From: Candidatus Latescibacterota bacterium
Lineage (GTDB): Bacteria; Krumholzibacteriota; Krumholzibacteriia; WVZY01
Length of the DNA stretch: 64,000 nucleotides
Assembly (NCBI GenBank): GCA_963791045.1
Contig: CAWBQK010000007.1
Location: 160,001 to 224,000 of the forward strand
Reading direction: 5' to 3'
Position numbers and translations under genes: made by a program. Numbering within the stretch: the first letter of the stretch is position 1; every line of letters starts with the position of its first letter. Of this stretch, positions 51,137-61,060 are shown piece after piece. Below the pieces are notes generated by a model. That model was not told the origin of the DNA. It saw only the letters and a list, made by a program, of their open reading frames with translations, and searched no databases.

Positions 51137-52847
51137 GGCGATCTTGTTCGTGATTCTCGCCGTGCTGGCCCTCGGGTGGGGGCTGCTGGAACCGGTGTGG
51201 GCGGACGGAACGAGGGTCGAGATCAACGGCAACCGGGAATTCAGCGACGAGCAGATCCGCGGGTGGTGTAATTCTCGAAGTCCCGAGTCGTGTGTACGCG
51301 AGATTCAAACGGCGTACATTTCGCTTGGGTATATGCGGGTCACTATTGGCGTCGAACGCAGCACGGCGGATTCGACAATCGTACTCAATATCAGCGAGGG
51401 TGAGCCGGCGCGGTACCGGAGTGTATCGGTCGAGGGTGGAGAGGTCGCCCCCGCGGATAAGATAGGCGAGTTGATCGGGGTTCGTGAAGGGGACCGGTAT
51501 CTTCCGGATGAACTTCAACGCGGCGTTAACCGGCTTCTTGAATATTACGACCGGTACGGATATCCGTTTGCCCAGGTGTGGGTCGACAGTCTCGGCCTGG
51601 ACATGGCCGAAAACGTAATCGATCTGAATCTTTTTGTTGTTGAGGGCGGGCGCAAGGATATCGGCCGCGTGAAATTCGAGGGGCTCGAGCATACACGCGA
51701 GGACCTTGCCATAAAACTATCCGGCCTCAAACCCGGCGAGCCGTACAACGGCGAAAAGGTGAGGGAATCGTATCTGAGGCTCACCAGCAGCGGTGTTTTC
51801 AGGTCGGTGTCTTACCCCGAGGTTCGGATGGCGCCCGACGGAAGCGGAGTGGAAACACTTATCAAGGTTATCGAACCGGCGCAGAGCAACAGCTTCTCCG
51901 GTGCGTTGGGATATGCGGATCGCGAAGCCGATAATGAAAAGGTTATAAGTGGCCTTGTGCGTCTCGATCTCGTGAATATAGGCGGAGCGCTCAGGGATCT
52001 CCATATTTTCTGGAAGAATGACGGTCAGGGCAGAAGCGAAACATCGCTGTCATTTCGCGAGAGATTCCTCTTCGGGCATCGTGTGGGCCTGGGTGTGATG
52101 CTCGAACAGATCGGTCTCGATACGTTGTATACCTGGCAATCCGCCGGCCTGGAATCCTCCATCCCCATCGGGCGTTTGTGGGACGGACTTCTTGGGATCG
52201 ACGGCGCTGTGTACGGTGACAGAAATACACTGAGCGAAGGCGACATATCGAGCACTGTGCGTTACCGGCTCGCCGGCGGGATTTCTTTTGTCGAAGGGTA
52301 CGAGGAGAGAGGGACATTTATCGATCTTGGAACTCGTTACACTCTCGGTTACAAAAAGATACAAAAACGCGAAGACGATTCGGACGGAGGGTCCGTGTCG
52401 CAACATGTTTTCGAGGCGCGGATGCGGGGGCTGGTCGATGTTGGCCGAAGCGTCCACGGTTCGATCCAGGTGGTGTACAGAGGGTTGGAGAGTTCCGAGG
52501 AATTCGTGCCGCTTGCCGAGCAGTTCTACGTCGGGGGCGCGTCGACCATCCGCGGCTACAGGGAAAATCAGTTTCACGGAAGACGCGTGGCGTATTTGCG
52601 TTCGGAACTGCGGCTCGGCGGCAGCCGAAGGGAGAACGGATACCTGTTCGTCGACGGTGGTTATATCCTCCAGGAGACGCAAGATTCGGAGGGGATTGTG
52701 TCGCAGCGTGACGAGTATCCGGTGGGCTATGGCTTTGGTCTTAGAACGGCGTCACCCGCCGGAAACGTCGACATCAGTTTTGGCATCGGCGAAAAACTGT
52801 CTCTCAGGCAGACAAAAGTCCACGTGATTCTCAACAGAAACTTCTGA
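51102..52847 (+). CDS. Omp85 (BamA/TamA-family) protein with POTRA domains
   Basis: [10 protein letters not shown], Yxxx[21 protein letters not shown] patterns, [11 protein letters not shown] (VRGY-like) and a terminal Phe. Confidence 0.85.
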   Translation: MNSPWKHAHISKAILFVILAVLALGWGLLEPVWADGTRVEINGNREFSDEQIRGWCNSRSPESCVREIQTAYISLGYMRVTIGVERSTADSTIVLNISEGEPARYRSVSVEGGEVAPADKIGELIGVREGDRYLPDELQRGVNRLLEYYDRYGYPFAQVWVDSLGLDMAENVIDLNLFVVEGGRKDIGRVKFEGLEHTREDLAIKLSGLKPGEPYNGEKVRESYLRLTSSGVFRSVSYPEVRMAPDGSGVETLIKVIEPAQSNSFSGALGYADREADNEKVISGLVRLDLVNIGGALRDLHIFWKNDGQGRSETSLSFRERFLFGHRVGLGVMLEQIGLDTLYTWQSAGLESSIPIGRLWDGLLGIDGAVYGDRNTLSEGDISSTVRYRLAGGISFVEGYEERGTFIDLGTRYTLGYKKIQKREDDSDGGSVSQHVFEARMRGLVDVGRSVHGSIQVVYRGLESSEEFVPLAEQFYVGGASTIRGYRENQFHGRRVAYLRSELRLGGSRRENGYLFVDGGYILQETQDSEGIVSQRDEYPVGYGFGLRTASPAGNVDISFGIGEKLSLRQTKVHVILNRNF

Positions 52848-52971
52848 TCTGGATCCGGCGGTCCGGGTCTCCACGCTACTCTTCGTAACGAAGAATCAGC
52901 AAACGACTGCGTCAAAAACTTGTTTTCGCCGCGACTGTCCAGGTGATAGAATCCACGAAGGAGGAACTATC

Positions 52972-54639
52972 ATGTCAATAGATATTGCTAACAAGGTTGT
53001 TCGCGCCCCGCGGGGCATGTCATTGAGCTGTCGTGGATGGTACCAGGAAGCGGCGCTGAGAATGTTGTGCAACAACCTGGACCCTGAAGTGGCGGAGGAT
53101 CCAAAGAATCTTGTTGTCTACGGGGGACGTGGCAAGGCGGCGCGGAACTGGGAATCGTTTGCGCGAATAGTGGCGAGCCTGAGAGACCTTAAGGACGATG
53201 AAACGTTGCTCGTTCAGTCGGGAAAACCCGTCGCGGTGTTCAAGACCCATCCGGGCGCGCCGCGTGTTCTTATCGCCAATTCACTGCTCGTGCCGAAGTG
53301 GGCGACGTGGGAGCATTTCTGGGAGCTCGAGAGCAAGGATCTCATGATGTACGGGCAGATGACGGCGGGAAGCTGGATGTACATCGGTACGCAGGGGATT
53401 CTCCAGGGTACGTACGAGACGTTCGCCGCGTGCGGCGACAAGCACTTTGGCGGAACGCTCGCGGGAAGGCTCGTTCTGACCGGCGGTCTGGGTGGGATGG
53501 GTGGTGCGCAGCCGTTGTCTATCACGATGTGCGGTGGAGTTTGTCTCGCAGTCGAAGTTAACCCCGAATCAATACGGCGGCGGCTCGAAACGCGCTACCT
53601 CGACGTGATGGTAGAAGATATCGACGAAGCGGTCGAGATGGCGCTGGACGCGAGATCAAAAAAGAAGGCGCTGTCGATCGGACTTCTTGGAAATACCGCG
53701 GAGGTTTTCCCCGAGCTGCTAAAGAGGGGAATCGACATCGACGTCGTGACCGATCAGACATCGGCCCACGATCCTTTGAACGGATATATTCCCGAGGGGT
53801 TGAATCTGCAGGAAGCGGCAACCCTGCGTGAAAAAGACCCAGAAACATATATATCTCGCGCGATGAGTTCCATGGTCAAGCACGTAACGGCGATGGTCGG
53901 TTTCAGCCGGGCGGGATCGATCGTTTTCGACTACGGGAACAACATACGTGGGCAGGCCGACAAGGCCGGCTATGAGGACGCATTCGAATTTCCCGGATTC
54001 GTTCCCGCTTTCATCCGTCCGTTGTTCTGCGAGGGAAGCGGTCCCTTCCGCTGGATCGCGCTCTCGGGCGATCCCAAGGATATCGCGGTTAGTGACGATT
54101 TGATTCTCGAGTTATTCCCGCAGAAAGAAGCGCTCCAGCGGTGGATTCGCATGGCACGGGAGCGCGTGGCTTTCCAGGGGCTGCCGTCGCGGATTTGCTG
54201 GCTCAAGTACGGAGAGCGCGCCGAGTTTGGTTTGGCTCTCAACGACCTGGTCAAGAGAGGGAAGATCAGTGCGCCGATAGTCATCGGACGCGACCATCTC
54301 GATAGCGGGTCGGTGGCCAGCCCTTACCGGGAGACCGAGGCGATGAGGGACGGGAGCGACGCGGTGGCCGATTGGCCGATTTTGAACGCGCTGCTTAACG
54401 CGGTGAACGGTGCCGCGTGGGTTTCGGTTCACCATGGTGGTGGTGTGGGAATCGGTTTGTCGATCCATGCGGGCCTCGCCGTTCTCGCTGATGGAACCTC
54501 CGAAGGAGGGGAGCGGCTCGAGCGCTGCCTGACGGGGGACCCTGGCACGGGGATTGCAAGACATGCCGATGCTGGTTACGACATTGCGATAGACAGCGCA
54601 AAAGAAAACGGTGTCAAAATCCCGTTTCTCGAAAGCTAG
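52972..54639 (+). CDS. hutU: urocanate hydratase
   Basis: [32 protein letters not shown] and HHGGGVG. Confidence 0.98.
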   Translation: MSIDIANKVVRAPRGMSLSCRGWYQEAALRMLCNNLDPEVAEDPKNLVVYGGRGKAARNWESFARIVASLRDLKDDETLLVQSGKPVAVFKTHPGAPRVLIANSLLVPKWATWEHFWELESKDLMMYGQMTAGSWMYIGTQGILQGTYETFAACGDKHFGGTLAGRLVLTGGLGGMGGAQPLSITMCGGVCLAVEVNPESIRRRLETRYLDVMVEDIDEAVEMALDARSKKKALSIGLLGNTAEVFPELLKRGIDIDVVTDQTSAHDPLNGYIPEGLNLQEAATLREKDPETYISRAMSSMVKHVTAMVGFSRAGSIVFDYGNNIRGQADKAGYEDAFEFPGFVPAFIRPLFCEGSGPFRWIALSGDPKDIAVSDDLILELFPQKEALQRWIRMARERVAFQGLPSRICWLKYGERAEFGLALNDLVKRGKISAPIVIGRDHLDSGSVASPYRETEAMRDGSDAVADWPILNALLNAVNGAAWVSVHHGGGVGIGLSIHAGLAVLADGTSEGGERLERCLTGDPGTGIARHADAGYDIAIDSAKENGVKIPFLES

Positions 54640-54688
54640 TCGCCGATCATTCAAATCGAATTCAGCTTCAAACGCAAGAGGAGCGGTG

Positions 54689-55969
54689 TTGAAACGGGAA
54701 GCCGATCTTATCGTCAAAAATTGTGGCCAGCTGCTTACGCTCGCAAAACCCACGAAGGAACCCCGAAAAGGAAAATCGCTCGCTGATTTAGGCCTTGTCG
54801 AAGGCGGCGTCATCGCGTCGATGAACGGGCGTATTGTCGCGGCCGGTCCGGCCGATGCCGTCATGGCAGAAATACAGCCGGTGGAGGGGTGCGCCGAGGT
54901 GGACTCGGACGGGGCGGTGGTCATGCCGGGATTTGTCGACTGCCACACCCACACGGTTTTCGCCGACTATCGACTCGATGAATACGAGAAACGTGTTCGC
55001 GGTGTACCCTATGCAGAAATAGCAAAGGCAGGGGGAGGAATCGCAAAAAGCGTCTCGGACATCCGTGAAATGGACGAACCGACCCTATTTTCCGTCAGCA
55101 GCGAACGTCTTGCGGGTTGTGTGAGGCATGGGAGCACAACAGTAGAAATAAAAAGCGGTTACGGGCTTGACCTCGACAATGAACTTAAGCAATTGCGGGT
55201 GATAAGGGATCTGTCGGAGATTTCGCCCGCATTGGTCGTCGCGACGTTTCTCGGAGCACACTCGGTACCGCCCGAATACCGCGATAAACGCGGAGAATAC
55301 ATCGATCTGGTGATTGAAGAGATGATTCCGGCGGTCGTGAAAGAGGGGCTCGCTGAATTTATCGATGTGTTTTCAGAGGTTGGGGTCTTCGACATCGAAG
55401 AAGCGGAACGGATTTTGCGGGCGGGTGAGAGTGCGGGTCTCCGGGCGCGGGTTCATGCCGACGAGCTCTACGATACATCCTCGGCGGAAATGGCCGTGCG
55501 CGTTGGTGCCGTGTCGGCGGACCACTTGACAAAGATCAGCCCCAGAGGAATGTCGCTCATGGCCGATTCAGCTGTGATTGGAGTCCTGCTCCCGGGAACT
55601 AGCTTCGGACTGCCGTCGCTTCACTTTGCTCCGGCGCGGGAAATGATCGATCACGGAATGGCCGTTGCGATCGCGTCCGATTTCAACCCGGGGAGTTCGC
55701 CCAGCGAGTCAATGCCGATGATGATATCGATCGCGTGCTCGCATTTGAGACTTAGCGCTGCCGAAGCTATCGCCGCGGCGACATACAATCCGGCGTTCGT
55801 GGTTGGACGGGAGAACGAGGTTGGGAGCCTGGAGCCGGGCAAGCGGACGGATTTTCTGATACTCAACTGCGAAGATTACCGAGAGGTTCCATACCGGTTC
55901 GGCGTAAATCCGGTTAGTCGGATTTTTGTCGAGGGAGCCGAGTGGGACGGAAAGTTTTTACACGACTGA
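54689..55969 (+). CDS. hutI: imidazolonepropionase
   Basis: PGFVDCHTH, EIKSGYGL, TFLGAH, HADEL and SDFNPGS. Confidence 0.95.
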   Translation: MKREADLIVKNCGQLLTLAKPTKEPRKGKSLADLGLVEGGVIASMNGRIVAAGPADAVMAEIQPVEGCAEVDSDGAVVMPGFVDCHTHTVFADYRLDEYEKRVRGVPYAEIAKAGGGIAKSVSDIREMDEPTLFSVSSERLAGCVRHGSTTVEIKSGYGLDLDNELKQLRVIRDLSEISPALVVATFLGAHSVPPEYRDKRGEYIDLVIEEMIPAVVKEGLAEFIDVFSEVGVFDIEEAERILRAGESAGLRARVHADELYDTSSAEMAVRVGAVSADHLTKISPRGMSLMADSAVIGVLLPGTSFGLPSLHFAPAREMIDHGMAVAIASDFNPGSSPSESMPMMISIACSHLRLSAAEAIAAATYNPAFVVGRENEVGSLEPGKRTDFLILNCEDYREVPYRFGVNPVSRIFVEGAEWDGKFLHD

Positions 55970-55989
55970 GAAACTAACAGGAACAGCCC

Positions 55990-57515
55990 TTGGCCAAGCC
56001 AAACAGCATAAGAAAAAAGGCGCTCGACTTTGCTCGAAAGCGCCAGTGGGACAAGGCCCTCGCCGAATTCGATAAACTTGTTGAGATCGAGTCGCACAAT
56101 CCCAACCTGTTCAACGAAATTGGCGACCTCCACATCAAACTCGACAACAAACGCGAGGCGTACAAGAGCTTTCACAGGGCGGTCGACGCTTACACGAAAG
56201 TTGGGCTTCATAACAATGCTGTCGCCGTGTGCAAGAAAATCATCAGGCTCAACCCCGGCGACCATGTTGTTTACGGAAAACTCGCGAGACTCAGACACCA
56301 GCAGGGATTCCACAGGGAAGCGGAAACATACTCGCTCGACTTTTTTGGCAATGCGGCACAAGGGCCGGACGTTGCCTCCGACGACCTGCGCGAGCTGGCC
56401 GTTGATATCGCTCTCGCCGCTGAGAAATCACCCGCCGTTCTGGAAATGGCGGCCGATTATCTCATAAACTGCGATCTTCGGCAGGATGCGGGGAGTGTTC
56501 TCGAAAAGCTATACCACCACCACTCCACCGAAGGCAACTCGTCGGAAGTCGACAAGGTAAAAGCTCGGATGGAGTCCATTGGATTCGTTCCGGCGCCGCC
56601 GCCGGATTCCGGGCAAACCGAAAAGCTCGAAACGATCGAGTCTCACAGAGAGAGTTCGGATGGTTTCCGTGATGACGAATTCGGTTCGTCGAACGATGCG
56701 GCGCTCCCGCCACATATTCGCAGCGATCAGGGAGCGGATGTCGCGAGCGATTTCGGCGTGATCGATATGCCGGGGCCGAGCGACGCCTCCGATACAGAAG
56801 TCCAAATGGAATCGGTGGACGAGCAAGAAGAACCGATACGGCCAATGCGGATGCTCCGTTCGACCCGGACACAACGAGCGATGTTTTTGACGGACCGGCG
56901 TCGCAGCAATCGGATTGTGACAGCGAACCGATCGACGAAGGGGCGGATGTTGTGGATGCCGGCGCGAACGAGCACGTGGATGAAAATGATTCCGCCGCAG
57001 GCCTGGAGGAATATGTTATCCCCGTGACCGGTGCGGATGAAGAGATCGAAGCGACCGATCCGGAAGAGCCCGCCGATCCATTCGCGGAAGATGTTTCGGG
57101 TGACTCCATTCTGGGAGGTCTTGCCAGCGAAGTTACCGCCGATGTGGCGGAAGACGACCATCGAAGCCACTATGATCTTGGAATGGCGTATCTCGAAATG
57201 GCCCTTCTCAACGAGGCGATCCGCGAGTTCCAGTTCGCGGCGAAGTCGGCGCCCTACCAGGTCCGATGTCTCGAGATGATCGGTCAGTGCTTCATCCAGC
57301 AGGATAACCCGCAGCTGGCGATCAAACAGCTTACGCGCGGTCTCGCTCTCGTCGGCGATGACGACAGCGACGCAATGGGTATCAAGTACAATCTCGGCCT
57401 GGCGTACGAAATGATCGGCGATGACGAGAAGGCCCAGTCCTTTTTCGAGGACGTGTATGTTATCGACGTCACATTCAGAGACATCGAGAACAAGGTCAAG
57501 AAATACGCCACGTGA
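55990..57515 (+). CDS. SgmX-like TPR protein (N-terminal TPRs, acidic linker, C-terminal TPRs); frameshift at ~56832
   Basis: N-terminal KRQWDKALAEF...AVAVCKKIIRLNP and C-terminal SHYDLGMAYLEM...FRDI. Adding one base in GAAGAACC gives a continuous acidic linker ETDTANADAPFD. Confidence 0.72.
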
Positions 57516-57543
57516 AGACCCGCTTTTGCCACCCCGGTAATTG

Positions 57544-57573
57544 TTGACTGAAACGACACGGTTCCTCTACCAT
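57544..57573 (+). promoter_or_regulatory. putative sigma70 promoter
   Basis: TTGACT-18 nt-TACCAT upstream of the ECF S-component gene. Confidence 0.45.
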
Positions 57574-57681
57574 TCATCGACTCCGGCGACCTGCTCGACC
57601 CGAGGCGGCTCCTCCATTTACGGCGAACCTGTCGATCCGGACGAAAATGTCGTCGTTTTCACGTTTACAGAATTCCTCCCG

Positions 57682-58230
57682 ATGCATCAAACCCGACGTG
57701 TACTCCTGACCTGTTTGCTCATTGCCGTGGTCGTTACCCTCGGGTATGCGCTTGCCGGAGTGCCCAATATCGAATTGATGACCGTTGCCGTGTTCGTGTC
57801 GGGATTCCTGCTGGGGCCGGGATTGGGTGCGGTGGTCGGTGCGGTTTCGGCGACGATGTTTTCGGTATTCAATCCGCTCGGTGCGGCGCTGCCGCCGCTG
57901 CTGATCGCGCAGGCCCTCTCGCAGGCGCTTGTCGGGGTGGCCGGAGGGTGTGTCGGACCGGTGTTAATCAATTGTGGTAAACGCTGGATATCATTTGCCG
58001 GAGCGGGCATACTTGGACTCCTCCTCACCCTGGTTTATGACATCGCGACCAATGTGGGCGCATTTGTAGTATTTTCCGGGGAGCGGACGCTGGGGAATCT
58101 AGTAAAATTTGTTGGAGCCGGGATCGTATTTATGGTGCTTCACCTTGTGTGGAACACGTTGGTGTTTGCGGTCGTGCTCACACCTGTTTTGATGGTGTTG
58201 GACCGCTACAGACGGGAGATTTCCGGGTGA
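57682..58230 (+). CDS. ECF transporter S-component-like membrane protein (CbrT-like)
   Basis: 182 aa with 5-6 TM helices; AGVPNIELMT and GFLLGPGLGAVVG patterns. Confidence 0.72.
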   Translation: MHQTRRVLLTCLLIAVVVTLGYALAGVPNIELMTVAVFVSGFLLGPGLGAVVGAVSATMFSVFNPLGAALPPLLIAQALSQALVGVAGGCVGPVLINCGKRWISFAGAGILGLLLTLVYDIATNVGAFVVFSGERTLGNLVKFVGAGIVFMVLHLVWNTLVFAVVLTPVLMVLDRYRREISG

Positions 58231-60200
58231 CTCGGATCAAGTCGATGTTTTGGCTGATGGTGATCGTGATGACCGTGCTGTGGACAACGGACGGCGCGGC
58301 TCAAGATGCCGAGGCTGAAGCGGATACAACAAAAGCGGCGCCCACACCCGAGTCCCCCAAGCGACATGTGGTGACCGAGGACGGCAACGTCGCACCCACC
58401 GTGCAGCCGCCGGCGCGCGCTCCGGCGTCGCGGATCGAAGTGCCCCATAGTCCGACGGACACCATCAACGGAGACACATTTCGACGACGCCACGCTTTTT
58501 CCCTCGATCATTTTTTTGAGATGTGGCCCCGGACCGTCATCGGGCGGCAGGGTCCGATCGGCGCGGAGGCCAACTACTCTCGTTATGGGGTAGGGTATGG
58601 CCGGGGTGCATTCTATCTTGGGAGCGTCCCGCTGAACGATCCCCAGGATGACCGCATGCCACTGGGACTTGTGCCGACGACACCGATCGGCGAACTCAGC
58701 GCCAAAGGCCAGTCGAGACTGTTTCTGCCGGCGCGGTCCAACATAGAAGGCGTCTACCAGATTGTCGAGCCTCCCATGCCGACGGACAAGCCGGTCACCT
58801 GGGTCGAGTTGTCGAAGGGTGATCGAAATCTTCGACAGAGACGTTTGAAGTTCTCATCGATTGTCGGCCCCGTGGGAATCGATTTTTATTTTGACGAACT
58901 CTTGAACGACGGCTACGCCTTCGATGGCCGTGAGAAGGTAAACGGATCGGACTACGGAAAGTCGACCACACGGACACAGGGAGGCAACATAAGGGGACGG
59001 ATCCCGGGCGGTGAGGGTTACCTGTTTTCATTCCGGAGGTTCACCCACACTTTCGAGGGGGACCTGATTTCGGCGGACCGCGTCCACCGAAGGGACGGTC
59101 ATTACGCATTGTTGAGAAGTGGTTTTGGCGCGGTGGACTTGTCCGTGTTCGAAAGGAGCCACAAGACTCAAGCCGAAGAGGCGCGTGATCTATCCGGTAA
59201 TATTGCGGCGGTGGATTCGAGCTCGGCCAACCATACCGCCGGCGCATTTTTGTCCTGGCCGTTCTCTCTTGGTGGTGGTAGCGGGGTGACGCTCGGTGCG
59301 GGTTACGAGGACGTTCACTCGAAACAGGAAATCGGCGACGTTACGGCGAGTAACAGACTTCAAAAGGCGCACCTGGGCGTGACGGGAAGCACGAGGGCGC
59401 CGTGGGGATTCGCCCTGAAAGCGAACGCAAATACCACCTATTATGTCGACTCTTTTGCCGGCTGGGGCGCGGACCTGACTTTTGGCCGGTCGTTGGGTTC
59501 GAGCAACCGGTTTATTGTAGAACTCAAGCGCGGTTTCAGGATGCCCAATCTTTCGGAGCTTTACCAACCTCTCCACAGTGTGTTCATGGAGCCGACGATC
59601 AAACTTACAGGCAACCGCTACGTAAAGGACGAACACTCGCTCGAAGCAAGCGCTGCCTGGTACACCCGGTTCGGGATTCTTGAGAACGAAATCCGCGGGA
59701 CCGGGATACGCATGCAGAATCCGATAGTCTTCAACCGCGTCGAAGGGGAAGCCGTTAACTTGCGCAGCGCTCAGAACGGTGTTGTCGAGGATCTTTTCGT
59801 TGTCGAAGAGCGATTGGGAATTCGCGAGTCGGTGTTGACTATGGATGTTGAACTCTCGGGGGGAATCGAGTACTGCCCAAGCGTGCGGGAACGGTACTTC
59901 GCGTCGGTTCCCGGAGTTCGTGCAAGCGCCGTGGCGTCAATCGGACGCGATATTTTCAAGAACACAAGCGGCTTTAGATTGAGCGCGGAATACAAGTACG
60001 GAGGTTCGCGCAAGGCGGGGTCGACCCACGAGCTGCCGTCGTACAACGTTGTCAATGTCAAGCTCGTCTTTCGTCTCATTGATGCTAACATTTATCTTCA
60101 GTGGTTGAATGTATCCGACACCAAGTACGTGACGGTGTGGCCCTTCCTGATGCCGCCGCGGACGTTTGTCTATGGTATAGAGTGGAGCATTTTCGATTAG
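58227..60200 (+). CDS. TonB-dependent-receptor-like/putative porin outer-membrane protein
   Basis: Signal peptide, plug-like region (GSVPLNDP), GFRMPNLSELY, LPSYNVVN and PRTFVYGIEW. Confidence 0.65.
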   Translation: MTRIKSMFWLMVIVMTVLWTTDGAAQDAEAEADTTKAAPTPESPKRHVVTEDGNVAPTVQPPARAPASRIEVPHSPTDTINGDTFRRRHAFSLDHFFEMWPRTVIGRQGPIGAEANYSRYGVGYGRGAFYLGSVPLNDPQDDRMPLGLVPTTPIGELSAKGQSRLFLPARSNIEGVYQIVEPPMPTDKPVTWVELSKGDRNLRQRRLKFSSIVGPVGIDFYFDELLNDGYAFDGREKVNGSDYGKSTTRTQGGNIRGRIPGGEGYLFSFRRFTHTFEGDLISADRVHRRDGHYALLRSGFGAVDLSVFERSHKTQAEEARDLSGNIAAVDSSSANHTAGAFLSWPFSLGGGSGVTLGAGYEDVHSKQEIGDVTASNRLQKAHLGVTGSTRAPWGFALKANANTTYYVDSFAGWGADLTFGRSLGSSNRFIVELKRGFRMPNLSELYQPLHSVFMEPTIKLTGNRYVKDEHSLEASAAWYTRFGILENEIRGTGIRMQNPIVFNRVEGEAVNLRSAQNGVVEDLFVVEERLGIRESVLTMDVELSGGIEYCPSVRERYFASVPGVRASAVASIGRDIFKNTSGFRLSAEYKYGGSRKAGSTHELPSYNVVNVKLVFRLIDANIYLQWLNVSDTKYVTVWPFLMPPRTFVYGIEWSIFD

Positions 60201-60256
60201 CTTGAGTGGGGTGTAACGATCGATGGGTCGTGGCGGTGAGGGGAACGCCGTCCAAA

Positions 60257-60703
60257 ATGGGAGGTGTGGTGGTGAGGAAAGTAATCGGAGCGTTTGTTGT
60301 CTTGTCCGTCGCCGTTGTTCTCAGGGGCGGCGATATTTTTTATGGGCCGGCGTGGAAAGCGTTGTCGGCTTTTGGCGGGTCCACCGCATCATCTGTTTCT
60401 CGTGACGGGGCTCTTGACCGATCACCCTCGAACCCGGACGGCGCTGCCCTCCCGAAGCCCGCTCAGCATCGGCCGCTCACGGGTAAGAAAAACCTGCCCC
60501 CTGATTTCATTGACCATCCGCTTCTGTTCCTCTCAACAGCCCCTGCGGACTCGCTCGTGCTGCTTCCGGGCATTGGTCCGGTACTTGCTGAACGCATCGT
60601 GGGTGTTCGAACCGGTAAAAGGTCATTCACCAGGTGGGATGATCTTTTGGTCGTCAAGGGTATCGGACCCAAGACGCTCGATCGGCTCAAGGGACTTAAG
60701 TAA
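60257..60703 (+). CDS. ComEA-like helix-hairpin-helix protein (start uncertain)
   Basis: TAPADSLVLLPGIGPVLAERIV...DDLLVVKGIGPKTL (two HhH motifs) and an N-terminal hydrophobic anchor. Confidence 0.8.
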   Translation: MGGVVVRKVIGAFVVLSVAVVLRGGDIFYGPAWKALSAFGGSTASSVSRDGALDRSPSNPDGAALPKPAQHRPLTGKKNLPPDFIDHPLLFLSTAPADSLVLLPGIGPVLAERIVGVRTGKRSFTRWDDLLVVKGIGPKTLDRLKGLK

Positions 60704-60957
60704 TCCACCGCCGGTCGAAAACCGTTCAGTCTAGTCGCATTTTGCGGTTTTTCATTTAAATGCAGGTAATACGCGGTCGGGTTATTCCAGCCGTACCAAG
60801 GCGGGTCGCAGACCCGGAGATGCCCGGATTGCCGGTGCGCCTTTGGGGTGCAAGGAGCGATAACTTTCTTATGGACATGCGGTTAGATAGTATCTTCAAG
60901 CCCCGCTCCATGGAGCTTTCTGCGGGGTGTTTCAACGTCGCCCGGGCCGGGGCGCCG

Positions 60958-60972
60958 TGGCATAAGACTTGC
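60958..60972 (+). promoter_or_regulatory. sigma54 -24/-12 promoter upstream of pilB
   Basis: TGGCATA-AGAC-TTGC: GG at 60959-60960 and GC at 60971-60972 with 10-nt spacing; about 90 nt upstream of pilB. Confidence 0.78.
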
Positions 60973-61060
60973 GGAAAAACCGCAGTTCGATGTGCGATTC
61001 GGCAATCAAATAGTCAACTTACAAAATATTCTGATCTGATCGGTTCTGGAGGATCCACCG

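Noticed and set aside
57516-57681. Cobalamin riboswitch upstream of the ECF/receptor pair
   Set aside because: No GGGAA...GCCACTG B12-box pattern is recognisable by eye; a covariance search is needed to exclude it fully.
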